From the NCBI GenBank assembly GCA_964626385.1, contig CAZVEO010000001.1, forward strand, positions 4,658 to 48,452: DNA of 43,795 nucleotides, written 5' to 3'. This DNA comes from an uncultured Bacteroidaceae bacterium. Its GTDB lineage: Bacteria; Bacteroidota; Bacteroidia; Bacteroidales; P3. Below the pieces are notes generated by a model that saw only the letters and a program-made list of their open reading frames with translations, was not told where the DNA came from and ran no database searches. Position numbers and translations under genes: made by a program. Below, one piece after another: positions 18,000-26,400 of this stretch. Position 1 is the stretch's first letter; every line of letters starts with the position of its first letter.

Positions 18000-19853
18000 T
18001 TATTTCTCCTCGTTAATTAGTTTATTAAACTCTGTTTTCAATTCAGAAACTTCAAAAGGCAAACCCTGTACTTTATTATATTGATAAAACAAAATACCTT
18101 GAAATTTCATTCTTAAATAATTGACGAATTGTCCCATATTCAACTCGCAAACGATAATCTTTTTGTACCTTCTTAAAATCTCCTCTGTATTCTTTGGTAA
18201 TGGACAGATGTAATTAAAGTGTGTATATGCTATTTTTTTACCTTCTTGCAAAAGCTCATTTACAGCAGTCTTCAATGCTCCATGTGTGCCACCCCAACCT
18301 ACTACAAGTATATCAGCATCTTTATCTCCTTCTACCTCTTGCAATGGAAGTTGGTCGGCTAATCTATCTATTTTTTCTTGACGGAAATGAACCATCTTTT
18401 CGTGATTAAAATTATCGGTTGAGACCTCGCCTTTGCCATCAGTCTTTTCCAAACCGCCTATTCTATGTCTTAAACCACTCATTCCCGGAATTGCCCACTG
18501 GCGTACAAGTGTTTTAACATCTCTTCTATAAGGTTGATATTCTGGGTCGTTAGGTGTTGCAAAAGGAGGGTGAATTTCAGGAAAATCACTCATTTTTGGA
18601 ATTCTAAACAATTGAGAACCATTGCCAAGATAAGCATCCGAAAGAAATATAACTGGAGTCATTGTCTCCAAAGAAAGTTTTGCTGCTTGAAAAGCCCAAT
18701 AAAAGCAATTAGCTGAAGTACTTGGAGCAATAATTATACAAGGTGCTTCTCCATTTCTGCCAAATAAGGCTTGATTCAAATCAGATTGCTCCGTTTTGGT
18801 TGGCAAACCTGTAGAAGGACCTCCCCTTTGAACGTCCACAACAACCAAAGGCAACTCTGTCATAACTGCTAAGCCCAAAGCCTCACTTTTCAAAGATAAG
18901 CCAGGTCCTGATGTAGAAGTACAGCCCAAAGCACCGGCAAAAGAAGCTCCTATTGCAGAACATATACCTGCGATTTCGTCTTCTGCTTGGAAAACTCGCG
19001 CACCGAGTGATTTTCTTTTTGCTAACTCTATCATAATATCCGTTGCCGGAGTAATAGGGTAGGAACCTAGGAAAAGGTTTAAACGAGCCTTTTCTGCTGC
19101 TGCTAACAAGCCCCAAGCAGTTGCTATATTGCCTGTTATGTTGCGATATTTTCCCTTTGGCATTTCAGCAGTATCCACCTGTAATCTTTGCAATGGAATT
19201 TCCTGCACATCAATATTTTCACAATAATTATAACCTGCTTGAATAACTGTCTCGTTAGCCTTAATTACTTCTGGCTTGTTTTTAAACTTTGTTTGCAGGT
19301 ATTCGTCTGCATGGGAAGTTTGTTTACCAAAAATAAAGAATATCATTCCCAAAGCAAACATATTTCTACATTTCAAAGCACTTTTTCTATCGGAAAATAT
19401 ATCCTTAACAGCCTCTAACGTTAGAGAAGTAATAGGCGCTTTGAGTAAATTGTAGGAAGAAAATTCGTCTGTTTCCAAAGGGTTTTGCTCATAACCTGCT
19501 TTTTGTATGGCATCCTCTGTAAAAGTGTCTAAATCTATAATAATTGTAGCACCTTTTCTTGCCCATTTCAAATTAGATTTCAAAGAAGCTGGATTCATAC
19601 AAATCAAAACATCTGCTTTATCGCCGGAGGAATATATTGTTTTTCCTATATGTACTTGGAAACCTGATACACCTGCAATAGTATTGTGAGGCGCTCTAAT
19701 TTCCGCCGGATAATCGGGAAATGTTGCTATATCATTGCCGTCCAATGCAGAAGTATCAGAAAACAAGGTACCTGACAATTGCATTCCATCACCACTATCG
19801 CCTGCAAATCTTACAACTGCATCGTTTTTCTTTATAAACTCTTTCGTTATCAT
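18000..19853 (-). CDS. korA: 2-oxoglutarate/2-oxoacid:ferredoxin oxidoreductase alpha subunit
   Basis: 617 aa, 5 nt upstream of korB. GSYPITPATDI motif and length fit the alpha subunit. Confidence 0.9.
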   Translation of the reverse strand: MITKEFIKKNDAVVRFAGDSGDGMQLSGTLFSDTSALDGNDIATFPDYPAEIRAPHNTIAGVSGFQVHIGKTIYSSGDKADVLICMNPASLKSNLKWARKGATIIIDLDTFTEDAIQKAGYEQNPLETDEFSSYNLLKAPITSLTLEAVKDIFSDRKSALKCRNMFALGMIFFIFGKQTSHADEYLQTKFKNKPEVIKANETVIQAGYNYCENIDVQEIPLQRLQVDTAEMPKGKYRNITGNIATAWGLLAAAEKARLNLFLGSYPITPATDIMIELAKRKSLGARVFQAEDEIAGICSAIGASFAGALGCTSTSGPGLSLKSEALGLAVMTELPLVVVDVQRGGPSTGLPTKTEQSDLNQALFGRNGEAPCIIIAPSTSANCFYWAFQAAKLSLETMTPVIFLSDAYLGNGSQLFRIPKMSDFPEIHPPFATPNDPEYQPYRRDVKTLVRQWAIPGMSGLRHRIGGLEKTDGKGEVSTDNFNHEKMVHFRQEKIDRLADQLPLQEVEGDKDADILVVGWGGTHGALKTAVNELLQEGKKIAYTHFNYICPLPKNTEEILRRYKKIIVCELNMGQFVNYLRMKFQGILFYQYNKVQGLPFEVSELKTEFNKLINEEK

Positions 19854-19906
19854 AAAAAATAAGTTTTGTCTCTCTTTTTATTAAAAACAAATCAAAAATA
19901 GATTTG

Positions 19907-19914
19907 CAAAATTA
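19907..19914 (-). promoter_or_regulatory. Candidate -7 promoter box for korA (TAATTTTG on minus strand)
   Basis: caaaatta on plus is the reverse complement of TAnnTTTG, 54 nt upstream of the korA start. Confidence 0.4.
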
Positions 19915-20034
19915 GTAAATTTATTTATATTAAACATTTTACTACTATAAAAGTAAAAAACACTTTACATTTTAAGGCTCTAACCTTAAAAGATTAAAGC
20001 CTTAAAACTTTAAAAACACTCAAACTAAAAGTTT

Positions 20035-22293
20035 TTATAACGATTTAACGTATTCATTGATACTTTTTGCGGCAACCTTACCTGCACCCATAGCAAGAAT
20101 AACAGTAGCCGCTCCACTGACAATATCTCCTCCTGCAAATACACCCGGACGTGAAGTTGCTTGTTTTTCATCGGCTACAATATTTCCTCTCTTATTGGTC
20201 TCCAAATTATCGGTTGTTGAGGTAATTAGTTTGTTGGCATCTGTTCCAAGTGCCATAATAACACAATCACATTCTATCTCAAACTCTGAGCCTTTCTTTT
20301 CCACAGGTCTTCTTCTTCCGCTCTCGTCTGGCTCACCAAGTTCCATCTCTATACATTTAATACCTTTTACCCAACCGTTTTCGTCAGCAAGTACTTCTAT
20401 AGGGTTGGTAAGAGTTTGGAAATGTATTCCCTCTTCTACAGCGTGGTGTACCTCTTCCTTACGGGCAGGCATTTCGTCTAAAGTACGTCTATAAACAACA
20501 GTTACATCCGAACCCAAACGTTTTGCACTTCTTGCTCCGTCCATAGCAACATTACCACCGCCAACAACAACAGTCTTTTTGCCAACAAATACAGGAGTTT
20601 CATAATCTGAGCGATAAGCTTTCATAAGATTAACTCTTGTTAAAAACTCATTAGCAGAAACAACACCGTTAAGGTTAATACCTCCTATATTCATAAATTT
20701 AGGCGTACCAGCTCCAGAAGCAATATAAACCGCTTTATAACCCATATCAAACAAATTGTCTATGGTAACGCTTTTGCCTATAAGTACATCACATTTTATT
20801 TCAACTCCAAGTTTTGTAACCTCTTCTATTTCTTTTTCTACAACTTTTGTTTTAGGCAGACGAAACTCTGGAATACCGTATGACAAAACTCCGCCACTTC
20901 TATGCAAAGCCTCAAAAATAGTAACCTCATAGCCCATTTTTGCCAAATCGCTTGAACAAGCCAAAGAAGAAGGACCAGAACCAACAACTGCAATCTTGAT
21001 ACCGTTTTTCTTTATATCAATTTTTTCTGTTACATTGTTATCTCTTGCCCAATCAGCAACATATCTTTCCAATTTGCCTATTGCTATAGGGTCGTTCTTT
21101 TTGCCCATAATACAAGAGCCTTCGCATTGGCTTTCTTGAGGACAAACTCTTCCGCAAATAGCAGGAAGTGTGCTACTTTTGTGTATAATCTTTATAGCCT
21201 CTTCGTTGTTGCCTTCTTTTACTTGATGAATAAAGGCAGGTATATCTATATTTACAGGACAAGCCTTAACACATAGAGGATTTTTACAATTCAAACAACG
21301 TGAAGCCTCCATTCTTGCCTCTTGGTCGTTGTAGCCATAGCAAACCTCTTCAAAATTTTTGTTTCTTATTTCTGGTTCTTGTTCTCTTACAGGTACTCTC
21401 TTCTTTTTGTCAAACTCTGCTAAGGACTGCTCAACTGCTGCTGTTAAGTTACATTTATGCTCTTCTGTATTGAAGGCTATTTTGTGAGGAGGAAACATTC
21501 TTTGACGTTTCATAGCCTCATCAAAATCAACTTTATGACCATCAAATTCCGGTCCATCTATACAAGCAAACTTCATTTCTCCGCCCACGCTTACTCTACA
21601 TGCTCCGCACATACCTGTACCATCTACCATAAGAGAGTTAAGAGAAACTATGGTCTTGATACCAAGTTTTTGTGTCATAAGACAAACAAACTTCATCATA
21701 ATCATAGGACCTATGGCTATGCACAAATCATAGTGCTTACCTTTATTATTCACAAGGTCTTCCAAACAATTGGTAACCATACCATGAAAACCATATGAAC
21801 CATCGTCGGTGCAAACATACAAATTGTCGCTTACAGCAGCCATTTCCTTCTCATAAATAAGAGTGGAATGTGATTTTGTACCTATGATAACATCGTGTTT
21901 AATACCGTTCTCCGCCGCCCATTTGGCTTGAGGATAAACCGGAGCAGTACCCAAACCGCCAGCAATAAACACTACGTTTTTGTCCTTTAATTCTTCTATT
22001 TGTTCGAGCATTTCACTTGCATTGCCCAAAGGACCTGCAACATCTCTAAGATATTCTCCTGCTTGTTTTTGACAAAGTTTTTTGGAACCATCTCCAACTA
22101 TTTGAATAACCAATGTAATGGTTTCTTCTTTGCGGTCAAAATCGCATATAGTAAAAGGAAGTCTCTCGTCTTTTTCGTCCTCTACTACTATAACAAATTG
22201 TCCCGGCTCACACTTTTTTGCTACATTTGGAGCCTTGACCTTTAAGAGTACTATATTTTCTGTTAGTTGCTCTCTCTGTAAAATCTTAAACAT
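20035..22293 (-). CDS. Fused NfnA/PyrK-like and NfnB/GltD-like NAD(P)H:ferredoxin oxidoreductase (often annotated as a DHOD-B electron-transfer subunit/glutamate synthase small-chain fusion)
   Basis: 752 aa. The N-terminal FAD/NAD module has a CGACRV 2Fe-2S motif. The C-terminal module has CLNCKNPLCVKACP-type Fe-S motifs and VAVVGSGPSS and VVVGGGNVAMD dinucleotide folds. Confidence 0.85.
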   Translation of the reverse strand: MFKILQREQLTENIVLLKVKAPNVAKKCEPGQFVIVVEDEKDERLPFTICDFDRKEETITLVIQIVGDGSKKLCQKQAGEYLRDVAGPLGNASEMLEQIEELKDKNVVFIAGGLGTAPVYPQAKWAAENGIKHDVIIGTKSHSTLIYEKEMAAVSDNLYVCTDDGSYGFHGMVTNCLEDLVNNKGKHYDLCIAIGPMIMMKFVCLMTQKLGIKTIVSLNSLMVDGTGMCGACRVSVGGEMKFACIDGPEFDGHKVDFDEAMKRQRMFPPHKIAFNTEEHKCNLTAAVEQSLAEFDKKKRVPVREQEPEIRNKNFEEVCYGYNDQEARMEASRCLNCKNPLCVKACPVNIDIPAFIHQVKEGNNEEAIKIIHKSSTLPAICGRVCPQESQCEGSCIMGKKNDPIAIGKLERYVADWARDNNVTEKIDIKKNGIKIAVVGSGPSSLACSSDLAKMGYEVTIFEALHRSGGVLSYGIPEFRLPKTKVVEKEIEEVTKLGVEIKCDVLIGKSVTIDNLFDMGYKAVYIASGAGTPKFMNIGGINLNGVVSANEFLTRVNLMKAYRSDYETPVFVGKKTVVVGGGNVAMDGARSAKRLGSDVTVVYRRTLDEMPARKEEVHHAVEEGIHFQTLTNPIEVLADENGWVKGIKCIEMELGEPDESGRRRPVEKKGSEFEIECDCVIMALGTDANKLITSTTDNLETNKRGNIVADEKQATSRPGVFAGGDIVSGAATVILAMGAGKVAAKSINEYVKSL

Positions 22294-22382
22294 TTCTATT
22301 TTTTTTAAGGTTAATTTTGTTCCTTACTTATATGATTTGTTTTCTTTTATTTAAAGGCTTTTTGCCCAATAAATATTGCTTG

Positions 22383-22390
22383 CAAAACTA
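22383..22390 (-). promoter_or_regulatory. Candidate -7 promoter box for the Nfn-like gene (TAGTTTTG on minus strand)
   Basis: caaaacta on plus is the reverse complement of TAnnTTTG, ~90 nt upstream of the start at 22293. Confidence 0.35.
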
Positions 22391-22485
22391 CAAAAATTTA
22401 ACAATATGGTATAATTTACATAAAAAATTACTCTTGCTTTCTATTAAATAAGAAATAGTATATAAAGCCTTATTTAATTATTCTT

Positions 22486-22938
22486 TTATAATAGCATATC
22501 TTGGTTGGAAAGGCTGAGTTCCATTTTTAATTTGATAAGAAAAGGACGTTTTAAGTATAGTAATAACAACAAAATTATGGGTACTACAACTGACTCAGCC
22601 GATTTGACAAATAATATAGATAGAGAAGCAAGCACCACCAAACCAATATAAGAAAAGAATATTGTTTTGTTTAATTTAAAATAAGTGGAGAGTTTATTTG
22701 TCAAGTTATTATTACTTGCAAGGTCTTTTAACTTGTTTTTATATTTCTTGCTTATAAACAAAGCGACTACCACTACTATTATTTGTATAGCATACATATA
22801 GTGTATAGAGAAAAAATTGTTTTCTCCTTTTGATAAAGGAGAAAATGCATAAAGACAAGCAATTGCTACAATCATAACACTGATAATTACAGCAATAGTC
22901 CAAATAAAACGCAATGTATTCAAATATTTCTTAATCAT
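22486..22938 (-). CDS. Small integral membrane protein of unknown function
   Basis: 150 aa with about four hydrophobic helices. No recognisable motif. Confidence 0.5.
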   Translation of the reverse strand: MIKKYLNTLRFIWTIAVIISVMIVAIACLYAFSPLSKGENNFFSIHYMYAIQIIVVVVALFISKKYKNKLKDLASNNNLTNKLSTYFKLNKTIFFSYIGLVVLASLSILFVKSAESVVVPIILLLLLYLKRPFLIKLKMELSLSNQDMLL

Positions 22939-23089
22939 AACTTTTTTATTAAAAAACGAAGTTAAATGACTTTTATTTCAAATAATACGTTTTTATCCAA
23001 ACAAGTTGTACTAATTTACAAAAACATAGCAAAGTTGTTGATTACAATAAAATACAGAAATTTACGTTTTTTCTTTTTTCAATAATATT

Positions 23090-25126
23090 ATGGCAACAAC
23101 AAATAAAAGCATAGAGGAACGCATAGAAGATATTGCAAAAAGCAACTTAACAAATATCAAAGTAAAATATTATGCAAAAACAGACGGTATAAATGATGAG
23201 ATAGATGAGGCTTTAGCAAAGGCACCAAGCAAATCAGGAGGTAAAGGCAAGAACTACCCAGATATAAAAGTGTTATTGCAAACCAAAGATATGAAGTATT
23301 TGCCTGTGATGATAGAGGTTAAAGGACGAAAGGGAGATTTGATAAAAGTCAATGAAGAGGGGTTGATTGATAACTTAAAAAAAGATAAAACGCCTAACTA
23401 TAAAAATATAACAAAATATGCTGTCAATGGTGCTGTGCATTATGCAGAGGCTATAATAAGAAATACAGAAACATATAAAGAAGTTATTGCCATAGGTATA
23501 AATGGTTATGAGGAGAATAAACAATACAAAACAGAATTGGGAGTTTATTTTCTCTCGCAAGAAAATTTTCTTGTACCTAAAAAGATAGATAATTTTACGG
23601 ACTTATCTTTTCTTAGCAAAGATTATGAAGACACTTTGATGGAAAAGATAAAGAATTTGTCTTTAACTGATGAGGAGTTAGAAAGAAAAGCCAAAGAGTT
23701 TGAAAACGAGATAGAAGTAAAACTCAAAGCTCTTAATCAACAAATGCACGATGTTTATAATATTTCTGTTGGTTCTCGTGTGCAATTGGTTTGCGGAATG
23801 ATAATGGCAGGTTTGGGGGTAAAGGATAAGGTCTCACCTCTTGCAATTACAGACTTAAAAGGAGAAAGCGGAGAAAACTCAAATGACGGAGCAATAATTA
23901 TAAATAAAATATCGGACTTTCTTAACGAAAAACGTTTGCCAAAAGAAAAGAGAGAGATGATTATAAGAGATTTAAAACAAGTATTTATTTCCTCAAATCT
24001 TTGGCGTGCAACTGACGGAGAAAGCAAACTTAAAAATGTTTATGCTACTGTCAAAAAAGATATTATGCCAATATTCACTTCTGCCAAGCATCTTGATTTC
24101 ACGGGTAAATTATTTAATGTTCTTAATGCTTGGGTGGATATTCCTGATAGTGAAAGAAATGACGTTGTGCTTACTCCTCGTTATGTTACAGACTTAATGG
24201 CAAAGATAGCAGGAGTAAATATGGATTCATACGTTTGGGATTATGCTGTGGGTAGTGCAGGTTTTCTTATCTCTTCTATGAAACTTATGCTTAAAGATGC
24301 TGAGCAGAGAATAAAATCACAAAAAGAATTTTCTCAAAAAGTAAGGGATATAAAATGCAAACAGTTGCTCGGTATTGAAAAACGTGCTGATATTTATATG
24401 CTTGCCGTGTTGAATATGATACTTATGGAAGACGGCTCAGCAAATATTCTTCACATGGATTCATTAACCGAATTTGACGGCAACTATGAACAAGGAGAAA
24501 TGAAAGGCAAAGAATTTCCTGCAAATGTATTTTTGCTTAACCCTCCTTATTCGGCAGAAGGTAAAGGTTTTGTTTTTGTGGAAAAAGCCTTGCAAAGAAT
24601 GAAACAAGGTAGAGCAGTTGTCCTTATACAAGAAAATGCTGGAAGTGGCAACGGCTTACCTTACACACAAGACCTTTTAAAGAGAAATACTCTTGTTGCT
24701 TCCATACACATGTCCGATATTTTTTATGGTAAGGCTGGAGTGCAAACGGCTATTTATGTTTTTAACATAGGCATACCTCACAACGAAAAACAATTAGTAA
24801 AATTTATCAACTTTGCTAATGACGGATATACAAGACAAAACCGCAAAAAGTCTTCACAAGACACCAACCTAAAAAACACCGACCACGCCATGGAAAGATA
24901 CGAAGAGGTCGCTAATCTTGTCTTGTATGGTAAGAAATATTTGCATTATCTTTTAGAGGAGGATTATATTGAAGACACTATAACACTTAACGGTAATGAT
25001 TGGACTTTTTCTCAACACAGAAAGATAGATACCATTCCAACCGAAGCGGATTTTAGAAAAGTTGTAAAAGATTATCTTTCTTGGAAAGTGTCAAACGTAA
25101 TAAAACAAGAAGGCGAAAATTTTTAG
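23090..25126 (+). CDS. BcgIA-like Type IIB restriction-modification subunit (N-terminal PD-ExK-like nuclease fused to a gamma-class N6-adenine methyltransferase)
   Basis: 678 aa. YPDIKV...MIEVKG resembles a PD...ExK nuclease core. TPRYVTDLM, VWDYAVGSAGFL (AdoMet motif I) and LLNPPY (motif IV) follow in HsdM/BcgIA order. No HsdR-like gene nearby. Confidence 0.7.
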   Translation: MATTNKSIEERIEDIAKSNLTNIKVKYYAKTDGINDEIDEALAKAPSKSGGKGKNYPDIKVLLQTKDMKYLPVMIEVKGRKGDLIKVNEEGLIDNLKKDKTPNYKNITKYAVNGAVHYAEAIIRNTETYKEVIAIGINGYEENKQYKTELGVYFLSQENFLVPKKIDNFTDLSFLSKDYEDTLMEKIKNLSLTDEELERKAKEFENEIEVKLKALNQQMHDVYNISVGSRVQLVCGMIMAGLGVKDKVSPLAITDLKGESGENSNDGAIIINKISDFLNEKRLPKEKREMIIRDLKQVFISSNLWRATDGESKLKNVYATVKKDIMPIFTSAKHLDFTGKLFNVLNAWVDIPDSERNDVVLTPRYVTDLMAKIAGVNMDSYVWDYAVGSAGFLISSMKLMLKDAEQRIKSQKEFSQKVRDIKCKQLLGIEKRADIYMLAVLNMILMEDGSANILHMDSLTEFDGNYEQGEMKGKEFPANVFLLNPPYSAEGKGFVFVEKALQRMKQGRAVVLIQENAGSGNGLPYTQDLLKRNTLVASIHMSDIFYGKAGVQTAIYVFNIGIPHNEKQLVKFINFANDGYTRQNRKKSSQDTNLKNTDHAMERYEEVANLVLYGKKYLHYLLEEDYIEDTITLNGNDWTFSQHRKIDTIPTEADFRKVVKDYLSWKVSNVIKQEGENF

Positions 25127-25770
25127 ATAGCCCACGCTCAAACAATAAACTTCCAAAAGCGTGGGCATACAAAGAATATCAAATAGGAGGTGAAAAAGGA
25201 TTATTTACATCACGAACAGGAAATTTTGATATTCAGAAGAAACATCTTAATGGAAAAGGCTATTATGTCGTAAGTTCTGGTGAACAGAACAATGGTATTG
25301 TTGGCAAAACAGATGCTAATGCCCTAGTTATAGAAGAAAATACTATAACGGTTGATATGTTTGGTAATGTATATTTTAGAGACCATAAATACAAAATGGT
25401 TACACACGCTCGTGTATTTACACTTGAATTTAAAAGAAGAGAATTGTCTAAAGAAATAGGAATGTACCTTGTTGCACAAATGCAATATTTTAGACAAAAG
25501 TTTTCCTATAGCAATATGGCAAGTTTTGAAAAAATTAAAAATACTACTATTTTACTTCCTATTACTCGTAGCGGAGAAATAGATTTTGCTTTTATGGAGC
25601 AATATATTCGCGAGCTTGAACTCGCTCGTATTCGCGAGCTTGAATTATTTCTAAAAGTTTGTGGATTTAATGATTGCACACTAAACAAAGAAGAACTTTC
25701 AGCAATAGAAAAATTCCGTATGGGGGGGGGGGGAAAAGGGGAAAGAATATCAAATAGATACGCTGCTTGA
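25081..25770 (+). CDS. Specificity (S) subunit, 5' segment: TRD1 plus central helix, ending out of frame after the G12 tract
   Basis: The frame opens at 25057 inside the upstream gene. There is no in-frame ATG before TRD1; the only canonical candidate is TTG 25081. KLPKAWAYKEYQIG and LLPITRSGEIDFAFMEQYIRELE are HsdS/BcgIB-like. Confidence 0.7.
   Translation: MESVKRNKTRRRKFLDSPRSNNKLPKAWAYKEYQIGGEKGLFTSRTGNFDIQKKHLNGKGYYVVSSGEQNNGIVGKTDANALVIEENTITVDMFGNVYFRDHKYKMVTHARVFTLEFKRRELSKEIGMYLVAQMQYFRQKFSYSNMASFEKIKNTTILLPITRSGEIDFAFMEQYIRELELARIRELELFLKVCGFNDCTLNKEELSAIEKFRMGGGGKGERISNRYAA
25722..25733 (+). repeat. Homopolymeric G12 tract inside the S gene (candidate slipped-strand phase-variation site)
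   Basis: 12 consecutive G. The upstream S frame and the downstream TRD2 frame differ by one nucleotide across it. Confidence 0.9.
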
Positions 25771-26278
25771 AAAAGTTAATTGTAAAAAATTAAAATATAA
25801 AGTAGGCGACCTTCCAAAACACCCTACATACGATTACAATTTACCTTGCCTTACATCGGGGACAAATAATCAGGGGTTATCCTGCTATGTACCAAAAGAA
25901 GAAGCAACTATATTAAAAGATGTTATAAGTATTGCATCAAACGGAAGTGCTGGCACAACATACTACCAAGACGATGAATTTACAATTTTGCAAGATGCAT
26001 ATGCTGTTAAATCAAAAAATATAAATTTAACAAAAGAACAATATTTGTACTTGGTAGCAACTATAAATAAACTTACATTGAAGAAATTTTCTTGGACAAA
26101 TAAAGCAGGTTGGCATAAGGTAGCAAAAGAAAAATTTTATCTTCCCGTTTCTGAAAACGGAGAAATAGATTTTGATTTTATGCAGGTGTATATTCGTGCC
26201 ATAGAGAAGCAAGTAATAAAGCACGTTATAGACTGGAAGGACAAAGAAATAGCAGAGACGAAGAAGATATGTAAGTAA
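25733..26278 (+). CDS. Specificity (S) subunit, 3' segment: TRD2 plus distal helix, out of frame with the 5' segment in this sequence
   Basis: The frame after the tract reads EKGKEYQIDTLLEKVNCKKLKYKVGDLP...FYLPVSENGEIDFDFMQVYIRAIE. This parallels the TRD1 start (KEYQI) and end (GEIDF.FM..YIR). The 25988 ORF in the track is its tail. Confidence 0.7.
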   Translation, partial: EKGKEYQIDTLLEKVNCKKLKYKVGDLPKHPTYDYNLPCLTSGTNNQGLSCYVPKEEATILKDVISIASNGSAGTTYYQDDEFTILQDAYAVKSKNINLTKEQYLYLVATINKLTLKKFSWTNKAGWHKVAKEKFYLPVSENGEIDFDFMQVYIRAIEKQVIKHVIDWKDKEIAETKKICK

Positions 26279-26400
26279 AAATTTGTTGTAAGTTAACAGT
26301 ACAACCTCAAATAATTTATACTGATTATTATGGTATTTATGACTATCAAAGTAGAAAATTTGTTTTAGAAAAGTACCAAAGGCAAATTTATAAGAAACTA

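Noticed and set aside
25988-26278. 96-aa ORF as an independent small gene downstream of the S gene
   Set aside because: Its frame is open back to 25709 and encodes a complete second target-recognition domain that parallels TRD1. It is the 3' part of the S gene displaced by the G12 tract.
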